DNA from: an uncultured Pirellulales bacterium
Lineage (GTDB): Bacteria > Planctomycetota > Phycisphaerae > Sedimentisphaerales > Anaerobacaceae
Assembly: GCA_964526785.1 (NCBI GenBank)
Contig: CAZGMJ010000024.1
Span: 4,731 to 68,730 of the forward strand
Direction of reading: 5' to 3'
Length of the DNA stretch: 64,000 nt
Both the position numbers and the translations under genes were made by a program. Below, piece after piece: positions 55,587 to 64,000 of this stretch (its first letter is position 1; each line of letters opens with the position of its first letter). Below the pieces are notes generated by a model. It made no database searches, had not been told where the DNA came from, and saw nothing but the letters and a program-made list of their open reading frames with translations.

Positions 55587-56096
55587 TTATCCTTTCCAAT
55601 TTGCGCCGCCCGCCTCGTGCACCACAGTGGCGTCGCAGACGTTCTGACTCCGCACAACAGACTGAGGCCCTTGAACAACCGCACCGTAGCCGAACCAGTA
55701 CATCAATAGATTCTCCATGATTCGCTTCAGATCGCCGCCCGAAGGCTTCTGTACATACCCCGCCGACTGCATCGCATAACACGCCTGGATATCTTCCTCC
55801 GAATCCGAGGTTGTCAGGACTACCACCGGAATTGTGCAGAGACGCGGCCTGGACTTGACATGCATAAGAAATTCCCGGCCGCCCATACCGGGCATGTTCA
55901 GATCCAACAGGATCAAATGCGGCCACGGGCTTTCTACATCGCCCTCCTCGCTCCGTGCAAGATATCTCAAAGCCTCCTCGGCACTGGGAACCACATGCAG
56001 CATTACGTCTATCGACTGACTGCTCAACGCCTGCTTTGCCAGCTTCTGATCGGCCGGGTCATCCTCCACCAATAGTATCACAAACGAATTCATCAT
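55587..56096 (-). CDS. Single-domain response regulator (CheY/Rcp-like)
   Basis: ILLVEDDPADQKL, LILLDLNMPGMGG, IPVVVLTTS, YVQKP. It starts 5 nt after the kinase stop. Confidence 0.9.
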   Translation of the reverse strand: MMNSFVILLVEDDPADQKLAKQALSSQSIDVMLHVVPSAEEALRYLARSEEGDVESPWPHLILLDLNMPGMGGREFLMHVKSRPRLCTIPVVVLTTSDSEEDIQACYAMQSAGYVQKPSGGDLKRIMENLLMYWFGYGAVVQGPQSVVRSQNVCDATVVHEAGGANWKG

Positions 56097-56100
56097 GCTC

Positions 56101-57705
56101 TTACTCCACTGTGCTGCAGCCTGCTCCGACCCGATGTGTATCGTCTGCACGAACCGGCTGGCCGGATCCGTCCGCCGACAACGTAAACCAGAAAGTCGAA
56201 CCGTCGCCGTAGACGGACTCGACGCCTATCTGGCCGCCGTGTCGCTCAACAATCTTTCTGCAGACCGCTAACCCGATACCCGTACCCTCGTATTCCGACC
56301 GGGCATGCAGCCGTCGAAACATCACAAAGACGTTCTCCGTCTGCTCGCGTTTTATGCCGATGCCGTTGTCCTGTACCTCAACGCGTAGCCGGCCGTTCTG
56401 TTGCCGAATCGATCGGATCGTGATCTCAGGGATCACGCCCTCCCCCCTGTACTTGATTGCATTGCAAACCAGGTTCTGAAGCAACTGTCGTATCTGCGCA
56501 GGATCGCCCTGCACGGCGCCGAGCGGCTCCGGAACGTTGATGCGCGCATTGCTCTCCTCAATCATGACAGCCAACTCCACGCTCTCCAACTGCCGCACGA
56601 TTTCATCAAGATCGACCGGTCCAAAATCCACACCTTTGGTCGTTACGCGCGAGTATTCGAGCAATGCCTCAATCATCTGCTGCATCCGATCAGCACCGTC
56701 CACCATGAACGTAAGGTTCTCCCGGTCGTCGTCGTCGAGCTTGTCTTTTAGAGATTCCCAGAGCAACTGCCCGAAGGCTGTTATCTTTCTTGTCGGTTCT
56801 CTCAAATCGTGTGACGCGACGTATGTGAACTCCTGCAATTGACGGTTGGATTCACTCAACCTGTCGTTCATATCCTGTAACGACGCTTCCACACCGGCCC
56901 GTCGCACGATCTCCTCCTTGAGTTGGCTGTTGGCCGCCGATAGTTCTGCTGTACGCTCTTCGACTTTCGTCTCCAGTTCCGCCTTCGCCTCGACCAGTTG
57001 TCTTTCGCGATGCTCGATGCGCTCCAGCATGTCGTTAAAGGCGTCAACGAACAGGCCGAGTTCGTCATTGCTCGATTTCACAGCCCGTCGAGAGTAGTCC
57101 TCATCTTCGGAAACAGCTCGGGCCACTTCTGCCAACTCCCGGACCGGGGCGCTGATGATCCGCTGTAGTTTGCAGGAGACGAGATAAGCCATCCCTAACG
57201 CTGCTATGGCAACGAGAACGACCGCCCGCATTTCCGCCCAGAACTGAGAATCCGTCTCGCGCAGATCCATCTGGAGAAATACCGTCCCGATAAGTGCATC
57301 ATCTTCACGCAGTCTCTCGAAGATCTTCAGGTAACTGCCCTCGAACCAGCACCGTTCCCCCTCGCATGCGGGAACCGAGAAAGCGTCTTCCACGTGGACG
57401 TTCTTGTGCGTCGCAAGAACGCCGCCATCGCGGTCGTACATACACGCAAATACAATCGACGGCTCCGCTCTCAGAGATTGTAGAATATCCGCCGCCGTTT
57501 CGGCATCATATGATTCCAATGCGCCGCGACAACTGTCGCCTATGATGTGTGCATAGCAGGATATGCTGTTGACCGCCCTCGCATACTGCGCATTCCGCTG
57601 ATGCAGCACCTGAACGACGCTGCTCACCGCAATCGCGGCCATGCAAGTGGCCATGATGATGGCAATCAGCTTGTGCTGGATCGCCGTTTTGAACTTGCGT
57701 CTCAT
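56101..57705 (-). CDS. Membrane sensor histidine kinase (TM-sensor-TM-HAMP-coiled coil-HisKA-HATPase_c)
   Basis: Two TM helices flank a ~135-aa extracytoplasmic domain. HAMP (ISAPVRELAEVARAV). H-box YVASHDLREPTRKI. N-box LVCNAIKY. G1 DNGIGI. G2 GTGIGLAVCRKIV. Confidence 0.9.
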   Translation of the reverse strand: MRRKFKTAIQHKLIAIIMATCMAAIAVSSVVQVLHQRNAQYARAVNSISCYAHIIGDSCRGALESYDAETAADILQSLRAEPSIVFACMYDRDGGVLATHKNVHVEDAFSVPACEGERCWFEGSYLKIFERLREDDALIGTVFLQMDLRETDSQFWAEMRAVVLVAIAALGMAYLVSCKLQRIISAPVRELAEVARAVSEDEDYSRRAVKSSNDELGLFVDAFNDMLERIEHRERQLVEAKAELETKVEERTAELSAANSQLKEEIVRRAGVEASLQDMNDRLSESNRQLQEFTYVASHDLREPTRKITAFGQLLWESLKDKLDDDDRENLTFMVDGADRMQQMIEALLEYSRVTTKGVDFGPVDLDEIVRQLESVELAVMIEESNARINVPEPLGAVQGDPAQIRQLLQNLVCNAIKYRGEGVIPEITIRSIRQQNGRLRVEVQDNGIGIKREQTENVFVMFRRLHARSEYEGTGIGLAVCRKIVERHGGQIGVESVYGDGSTFWFTLSADGSGQPVRADDTHRVGAGCSTVE

Positions 57706-57729
57706 AATCGATGCATATCCCCACTTTTG

Positions 57730-57745
57730 TGCAATTTACGCCCCT
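57730..57745 (-). promoter_or_regulatory. Candidate sigma54 (-24/-12) promoter in front of the sensor kinase operon
   Basis: The minus-strand sequence AGGGGCGTAAATTGCA has GG-N10-GC spacing and a perfect TTGCA -12 element. The -24 half (AGGGGCG vs TGGCACG) is weaker. It lies only about 25 nt upstream of the ATG at 57705, which is uncomfortably close. Confidence 0.25.
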
Positions 57746-58697
57746 ACCGACTTATCCAGACAATTGGCCTTTCCGCTTCACCAGTGTCAACATCTCGAAA
57801 ACAAGTCTGCTCACACCGACTCCCATCGCATCCTTCGGACGGTACAGGATTCTCTGGCACGTTTGCCGCAAGCGCCTCGACCGGTCCTCTCTTTCTGGTT
57901 CCCGAAGACATATCCCAACTGATGCCAGTCAGCATCAAGCCGGCGAAGACTACCAAAGTGTAGATTCGGCACTTCAACATTGCACCATAGTATTTCTCAT
58001 ACCGTTTCCAATATCCTGCGGCCTCACCGCGTTTCCAGACAGTAACTGACCGGCATGGACGCTGCGATATACAGCATCTCAAAATCGTCCGGTCAATCGG
58101 GACCGAACCGCGTGTCGTATCCTTCTATCGTCTGCAAAACGCTGCTGTTTGAGCAGAATTCCCGACCAGCGGCATCAAAACGCCCTCATTGCCCGCTCTT
58201 ATCCGGCACGAGAGCATTACCGGACGGCGGCCCGGCGAGTCAGGAGACACAGTTCGCTCCTCTGAACAACTACGGACCATGTAATTGCCAAGCCGCTGCG
58301 CACACTCCGTCCCCCGATGCGCTCTATTCGGACCGCCCGCAATTTCCCCCTGCTGGCACGTTTGGGCCGCCCGTGAGAAGGCACGGCAAATCATTTACAA
58401 AGATTTGCCGGTGCATTAAGTCGGTTGTGCAGTTGACCGATAGGAGGAGGGTCGAATGGTTGTATCATGGCTTCGGAGTAAAAGGGTGCTGTATGTTTCG
58501 TAAGTCGCGCAAAACAGATTCATCGTTGCAAACAAGTCCTGTGATCCGCTGGTATCCCAGCAGCCGAAGCTGCACCAATAACCCGCAGCGCAAAGTCAAA
58601 CACAGACAAATGCCGCCGTTGATGGTCCGAAAAGCGGATTGGCGCAGATAACTCTATGGCCCGTCCCTCCATACTCCCGCCTGCTTTCCCTTGAGAT

Positions 58698-60083
58698 CTA
58701 TAGCAGCCCCAGTTGCCGCGCCTCGGCGTAGAGACCATACTGCTTCATCTTTTTGAAAAGCGTAGTCCGATTAATGCCGAGTGCCTCAGCCGTCTCCTTG
58801 CGATTCCAGTTATGCCGGCGCAGAGCCGACCGAATCAGGGCCGCTTCGTGCCGCACCATCGCTTCTTTCAACGGCATTTCATCACCGCATGCCCCCAACT
58901 CATTCGACGGCTGCAGGAGTTTATCGGGCAGGTCATCAACCCCGACGAATGTGCCTTTGCTCAATAAGGCTGCTCGCTCCACCACATTCTCCAACTCTCG
59001 GACGTTCCCGGGCCAGCCGTAACGTTCGAGACGCTCGATGGCTTCGTCCGTAAATCGCAAGATGCGCTTCCGATGGCGCAGAGAGTATACTTCGAGAAAA
59101 TACTCCGCCAGCAGTCGCACATCTCCGATACGCTCCCACAAGGGCGGCAGGTCAATAGTCACAACATTGATACGGTAAAACAGATCTTCCCGGAATCTGC
59201 CGCGGCGCACCTCTTCTTCAAGCCTTCGATTGGACGCCAGAAGCACCCGCGTATCAACGGTTATCGTCTGATTGCTCCCCACCGGCTCGAACCGTTTGTT
59301 CTCCAGAACGCGCAGCAGTTTCGTCTGCAGACCGGGCGAAGCGTTCGATATTTCGTCGAGGAAGATCGTGCCTCCGTCTGCCGCCACAAATTTTCCCGCT
59401 TTGTCGACGACGGCGCCGGTGAAAGAACCGCGGACGTGCCCGAACAATTCGCTCTCCAGGAGCGTTTCCGGAATCGCACCGCAACTGACCTCAACAAATC
59501 GCTGGTCCCGCCGACTCGAATGCTGATGTATCACTCTGGCCAGCATGCTCTTGCCCGTTCCCGAAGGACCAGTCATCAAAACCGTCGCCGAGGTGTCGGC
59601 AACTGCCTCGACCAATTCGAAGATACGCATCATCTTGTAGTTCTGGCTGATAATGCTGTCCAGACTGCGTTTGCGTTGCAGTTGCAGACGTAAATCCTCG
59701 TTTTCACTGATGAGTGACTGCTGTTTCAACGCCCTCGCTACCGCCATCCGCAAATCATCGTCGATCACCGGCTTTGTCAGATAGTCATAGGCCCCAAGCT
59801 TGATCGCCCGCACCGCACTCTCTATCGTCCCATATCCTGCAATCACGATGACAACCGTATGCGGATGCTCGATCGTCACCGCCTCCAGCAGTTCGAGCCC
59901 ACTCCCATCGGGCAGATTCAGGTCTGTGATGATCAGGCCAAAGTCCTCCCCACTGAGCCGCTCCAGAGCCGCCCTCCGACTTGCCACACCGACGGCCGCA
60001 TAGCCTTCAGCCGATAGAAAGTCGCAAAGAGAATCCAGTATTACCTGATCCTCGTCGACGACAAGAATGCGCTTCTTCTTCAT
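58698..60083 (-). CDS. Sigma54-dependent response regulator (NtrC family: REC-AAA+-HTH_8)
   Basis: REC (ILVVDEDQ..., LIITDLNLPDGSG). Walker A GPSGTGKS. ESELFGHVRGSFTGA (GAFTGA-type loop). C-terminal ETAEALGINRTTLFKKMKQYGL. The start is uncertain (60083, 60101 or 60140). Confidence 0.9.
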   Translation of the reverse strand: MKKKRILVVDEDQVILDSLCDFLSAEGYAAVGVASRRAALERLSGEDFGLIITDLNLPDGSGLELLEAVTIEHPHTVVIVIAGYGTIESAVRAIKLGAYDYLTKPVIDDDLRMAVARALKQQSLISENEDLRLQLQRKRSLDSIISQNYKMMRIFELVEAVADTSATVLMTGPSGTGKSMLARVIHQHSSRRDQRFVEVSCGAIPETLLESELFGHVRGSFTGAVVDKAGKFVAADGGTIFLDEISNASPGLQTKLLRVLENKRFEPVGSNQTITVDTRVLLASNRRLEEEVRRGRFREDLFYRINVVTIDLPPLWERIGDVRLLAEYFLEVYSLRHRKRILRFTDEAIERLERYGWPGNVRELENVVERAALLSKGTFVGVDDLPDKLLQPSNELGACGDEMPLKEAMVRHEAALIRSALRRHNWNRKETAEALGINRTTLFKKMKQYGLYAEARQLGLL

Positions 60084-60365
60084 CTTCCTGCCCGACCTCA
60101 TTGCCTCGCGGCCGCTGCCGTGCACCTGCCTCAGCCGCACCTTTGATGTGCGCTCACAACATTCGATGTTGCTCTACGGCAACACATATGACGTGTTTTC
60201 GGATCATAATGCAGGTCCCTTAAGCTGGAAGCGGATTGCCTGATAAGACGGCCACCTGAAAGTCTGTGCTTGCGAACACCAGGCGTGAATAAGTGAGGTA
60301 TGAAGACCGGCTGTACAATCTCTATTTCGCAATATCGAGGATTCTGCGCACGCCGTGCTTGCTTT

Positions 60366-61241
60366 TTACAGCAGCAACTGCCCCTGAAAAACCTCGACCG
60401 CCGGACCCGTCATATAAACGCAGTTATCCTGCTCGGACCAGTTCAGTTCGAGATCCCCGCCCGGCAAATGTGCCGTGCATAGACGCGCCTGCCGACCCGC
60501 CAATACTCCCGCCACCGCACACGCACAGGCTCCGCTGCCGCACGCCATGGTAATGCCGCTGCCGCGCTCCCACGTCCGCATGGTAAACGCCGCAGGTTCG
60601 TCGGTCTGAACAAAATGCACGTTCGTTCGATTGGGAAACAGTTCGTGATTCTCGATTACCGGACCGATCTTAGCAAGCTCGATCGCCCCCACATCCTCGC
60701 AGAAAAACACTGCATGTGGATTGCCCATGGAAACGCACGTCATGGATAGCTCTTCTCCCTCTATGGGAATAGGCTGGTCGATAACACTCTCCCCTGACAA
60801 CCCGACGGGAATCTTTGCCGGCTCAAGGATCGGCTGGCCCATATTCACGCAGACCTTCTGTACTCTGTCGTCCCCGTCGGTTAGCAGACCCAAAGTGAGG
60901 ATGCCGTTGCCGGTTTCCACGTTGAGCGAAGCCGGGAACGACTGCTGACCGGGCACCGCAAAGGCGGTACCGGCATCCGCCAAATCGTGTTCGTATGCGT
61001 ACTTGGCCACACAGCGAACACCATTGCCGCACATCTCCGCCTCGGAGCCGTCGGCGTTGAAGATCCGCATCCGCACGTCCGCCGTATCCGACGGACACAC
61101 CAGTATCAGTCCGTCGCTGCCGATACCCGTATGCCGATCGCTGACCACCCGGGCCAGATGCGCAGGCTCTTCCACGTGCTCCTCAAAGCAATTGACATAG
61201 ACGTAATCGTTACCCAAACCGTGCATTTTGGTGAACTTCAT
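60366..61241 (-). CDS. dapF: Diaminopimelate epimerase
   Basis: MKFTKMHGLGNDYVYV N-terminus. Both catalytic Cys regions are present (AEMCGNGVRC and ITMACGSGACA). GGAGA RBS before the ATG at 61241. Confidence 0.92.
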   Translation of the reverse strand: MKFTKMHGLGNDYVYVNCFEEHVEEPAHLARVVSDRHTGIGSDGLILVCPSDTADVRMRIFNADGSEAEMCGNGVRCVAKYAYEHDLADAGTAFAVPGQQSFPASLNVETGNGILTLGLLTDGDDRVQKVCVNMGQPILEPAKIPVGLSGESVIDQPIPIEGEELSMTCVSMGNPHAVFFCEDVGAIELAKIGPVIENHELFPNRTNVHFVQTDEPAAFTMRTWERGSGITMACGSGACACAVAGVLAGRQARLCTAHLPGGDLELNWSEQDNCVYMTGPAVEVFQGQLLL

Positions 61242-61608
61242 AGTCAGTCTCCGTGATCCAATTCGCAGAATTGTACCATAGCGATGGCCCCAACGCAAGC
61301 TGCTTACGCTGCGCACAAGCGTTCACGGCCCGCCGCACCGCCGCCGGGTCCATGAGCCGTCATACCCAAATCCCCAACAACGCAACCTCAGACAACTCCA
61401 CGCTGGACCATCTGTTATCTGTCCTGCGCGTTTACCGGCTTTTTCATGAACCCTGGTGTTGAAATCTGGCACCAGATACGGTATGCTGGTCTTTCATGTT
61501 GCTTGGTGCCGACATACTGCGAGTCGCGTGCCCCGGCTCAACATTGCTCCGCGCCGGGTACGATACGTTGATGAATCGCTTACTTGTTAACTCAATAGGA
61601 GTCCCCCC

Positions 61609-63063
61609 ATGGCAAACACAACAAGACGAGAATTCCTGAAATCCTCACTGGCGGCCGGAGCTGCGTTCACCGTATGCGGCACCGCGGCAACTCCCCGTGT
61701 ACTCGGCGCAAACAACCGCCTGCGTATCGCGGTTGCAGGCGTCCATGGGCGCGGCGGCAGCCACATCAAGGGCTGGCTTGACCAGGACAACGTCGAGGTA
61801 GCCTACCTTATCGACCCGGACAAGAACGTGTTGGAAGGCAAGATGAACGGCCTAAAGAATATGGTCAAAGGCAAGTTCACCTGCAAGGGCGTCACCGATG
61901 TGCGGGAGGCGCTCGAGGATAAGAACCTCGACGCCATTTCCATCGCCACCCCGAACCACTGGCATTCGCTGATGACAATCTGGGCTGCCCAGGCGGGCAA
62001 GCACGTCTACGTGGAAAAGCCTATGAGCCACGACATCAAGGAAGGCCGTGTCGTTGTTGAGGCGCAAAAGAAATATGGGGTTGTTATCCAACACGGAACT
62101 CAGAGACGAAGCAGTTCCCGCAACGCCGGCCTGCACGATCTCATTCGCTCCGGCAAGTTCGGCAAGCTGAAAATCTCTTACGGCTATTGCTGCAAACCTC
62201 GAAGCGGCATCGGCTTCGACAGCCCGGAAGCGCCCCCGGATAACCTGGACTGGAATCTGTGGCGCGGCCCCGCCGTCATCGACACATATCATGACAATTA
62301 CGTTCATTACGACTGGCACTGGTTCTGGGAAACCGGTAACGGCGACATGAACAATCAGGGCACCCATCAGCTCGACATGGCCTATTGGGCGCTGGACAAA
62401 GGTCTTACGCATCCGATCCGCGCCATGGCGCTCGGCGGCCGCTTTAAGTGGGAAGACCAGGGAGAAACGCCGAACACCATGTTTGGCATGGCCGAATATC
62501 CCAACGGACAATGGGTCTTCTTCAACGTCCGTAACGTCAACTATGACGGCTATCAGCGTCAGGTCGAAAATGAATACTATTTCGAGGACGGCGGTAAGAT
62601 CATCCGGGGCAAGTATTACCCCAAGGGCAGTGACAAAGGGGAAAGCTTCGATATCCCCAGCGGCGACGTCACCCCGGGCGGCAACTGGGGCAGCTTCATC
62701 GCCGCCTGCCGGGCCGGTGATCCGAGCATGGCCAACGGCAACGCCGTCGACGCCCATCGAGGCTGTGTCGTGGGCCACCTCATGAACAACTCGTACCGTC
62801 TGGGCCGAAGAGTGCCTTTCAATGCTAAAGCGGGCAGCTTCGGCGACAACAAGGATGCCTACGAACACTTCATGAAACTGCACGAGATCATGAGGGACGG
62901 CGTTGGCATTCCGGAAGACAAGGTGAATTATACCGTCGGACCCTGGCTCACCTTCGATCCCAGGACCGAGACCCATACGGGTCAGCACGCCGTCGCGGCC
63001 AACCGGTTGCTCAAGGACCCGAACCGCGCGGGCTTCGAAGTGCCGGAACCCGACAAGGTGTGA
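61609..63063 (+). CDS. Tat-exported Gfo/Idh/MocA-family oxidoreductase
   Basis: TRREFLKSSLAAGAAF Tat signal. LRIAVAGVHGRGGSH Rossmann segment. ISIATPNHWH, EKPMSH. Confidence 0.9.
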   Translation: MANTTRREFLKSSLAAGAAFTVCGTAATPRVLGANNRLRIAVAGVHGRGGSHIKGWLDQDNVEVAYLIDPDKNVLEGKMNGLKNMVKGKFTCKGVTDVREALEDKNLDAISIATPNHWHSLMTIWAAQAGKHVYVEKPMSHDIKEGRVVVEAQKKYGVVIQHGTQRRSSSRNAGLHDLIRSGKFGKLKISYGYCCKPRSGIGFDSPEAPPDNLDWNLWRGPAVIDTYHDNYVHYDWHWFWETGNGDMNNQGTHQLDMAYWALDKGLTHPIRAMALGGRFKWEDQGETPNTMFGMAEYPNGQWVFFNVRNVNYDGYQRQVENEYYFEDGGKIIRGKYYPKGSDKGESFDIPSGDVTPGGNWGSFIAACRAGDPSMANGNAVDAHRGCVVGHLMNNSYRLGRRVPFNAKAGSFGDNKDAYEHFMKLHEIMRDGVGIPEDKVNYTVGPWLTFDPRTETHTGQHAVAANRLLKDPNRAGFEVPEPDKV

Positions 63064-63419
63064 CACGCACAAACAGGCTAAGAGGCGTGCCTGGAGCGCA
63101 TCGTCCAATGCGCATCCGCGCAAGGCGCGCAAGACCATACAGGCAGTGGAGCCGATTCATAGAGCCCCACTGCCTCTTTCTATAGCGCGTTGCCCATGCC
63201 CTCTGATCCGTATGGCTGTAATCACCGACGCAAGCAACTACTCCCAAGCGGCAGCATCGCCGAACAATGCCCCCTCTCGGCTAACCACAGGCACCCGAAG
63301 CCCTGCGCCGGTGCCTCACACTTCCGGCCCTGGATATACCACCTGGCACGTGCAATCACAATGCCCGCACAACAAAGCTCAAAAACGGCCTTGCACTCCC
63401 CCTCTCCCGCGCAACGCTT

Positions 63420-63848
63420 TTACTGATCGGAAAAGTCCGCCATCACCTTGTCGAGCCGTTGCTGAGCTTTTTGCACCTCAGGATCCTGCATGTGCGGCAT
63501 AATCTTCATCATCGAGCCGACCATCTTCTTGCCCGCCTCTTCCATTGTCGTCTGCACCTCTGCCAGTTCCGGGGGCGCCTCAGAAGCTCCTTCCAACTCC
63601 GGATACTTTTTCGACAACTTCTTCATCGTAGGGACCAGCTTCTCCATCTTGTCGGCAAAACGATCCATGGCTTTGGCAACCGCCTCCGCGCTGTCCGCAC
63701 TGTCAAGGGCAGTTGCGTATTCGTTGACAGCGCCAGCGAACCGATTAGTCGCATCTTCCACGTCGCCATACTTCTTGTCACTGCAACCGCTTAGAAGGCA
63801 GGACGCCAACAACAAACACACCGAAAGAATCATTGCTCTCTGTTTCAC
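63420..63848 (-). CDS. Helical lipoprotein of unknown function
   Basis: Signal peptide with lipobox LLSGC. The remainder is an A/E/K-rich helical sequence. Confidence 0.65.
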   Translation of the reverse strand: MKQRAMILSVCLLLASCLLSGCSDKKYGDVEDATNRFAGAVNEYATALDSADSAEAVAKAMDRFADKMEKLVPTMKKLSKKYPELEGASEAPPELAEVQTTMEEAGKKMVGSMMKIMPHMQDPEVQKAQQRLDKVMADFSDQ

Positions 63849-64000
63849 AGCTCAACTCTCCAAAAAACTCATCTGCGGATTCGACGGACGCATCAACGTG
63901 TCCGAATCGACTGATATCTCCGTGATTATACAGACTCATAGCGCTCATGCCACCAAAAACAAATCCAAACTGAACGTATTAGCACCCGGCTGCATTTCCA

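Noticed and set aside
58364-58379. Second TGGCACG motif considered as a sigma54 promoter
   Set aside because: The GG-to-GC spacing is 9 rather than the near-invariant 10 nt (TGGCACGTTTGGGCC). I keep it only as part of the 12-nt repeat observation.
58055-58651. 198-aa plus-strand ORF in the gap between the sigma54 activator and the kinase operon
   Set aside because: The translation is P/S/R/C-rich, there is no RBS at its start, and no motif is visible. I treat the region as non-coding or regulatory (see finding), although a decayed gene cannot be excluded.
61852-63138. 428-aa minus-strand ORF antisense to the second Tat-GFO oxidoreductase
   Set aside because: It is an antisense shadow ORF with biased A/G/V/R composition and no RBS or domain signature.
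1-64000. CRISPR arrays, IS elements/transposases, rRNA genes, prophage or toxin-antitoxin/defence modules
   Set aside because: By eye I found no regularly spaced direct repeats, no transposase/integrase/recombinase-like translation and no rRNA-like segments. A computational repeat search would be needed to exclude short or degenerate repeats.

Overview
High-GC bacterial chromosome segment, about 58 supportable features. The gene content suggests a PVC-superphylum or Planctomycetota-like organism: Tat-signal Gfo/Idh/MocA oxidoreductases, several DUF1080 domains, a sulfatase, GH16/GH26/GH29/GH172 enzymes and a giant LamG protein. This taxonomic call is inference only. Most of the window is ordinary glycan-scavenging and housekeeping content. 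Left to right: a truncated giant LamG lectin-like protein; an Isf-like flavoprotein; a four-gene TolC / HlyD-adaptor / ABC ATPase / FtsX-permease efflux operon followed by an SGNH-TPR protein; tRNA-Cys(GCA); a transglutaminase-TPR protein; a MATE exporter coupled to a DUF167 protein; and a block of DUF1080-TIM barrel, Tat-oxidoreductase, URO-D-like protein, sulfatase, GH26 and GH172. After that come GH29, GH16, an ABC-2 exporter, an M48 peptidase, a sigma54 activator, dapF and a second Tat-oxidoreductase. Two regions stand out. (1) nt 30420-41470 is a ten-gene, translationally coupled operon with spot-checked lower GC. It combines nucleotide-sugar enzymes, a split transketolase, an RfbH/ColD-type Lys-to-His dehydratase, a cobalamin radical-SAM enzyme, a polyprenyl-phosphate GT2 and a 592-aa polytopic membrane protein. 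I read it as a candidate, undescribed pathway that decorates an envelope component with a branched or methylated deoxysugar. (2) nt 51589-57705 is a seven-gene two-component block: three kinase cores (one degenerate), six receiver domains and no output domain. Upstream of it lies a ~1 kb apparently non-coding gap and a sigma54 activator. No CRISPR array, transposase, integrase or rRNA was seen. All domain calls come from motif recognition by eye, not from database searches.
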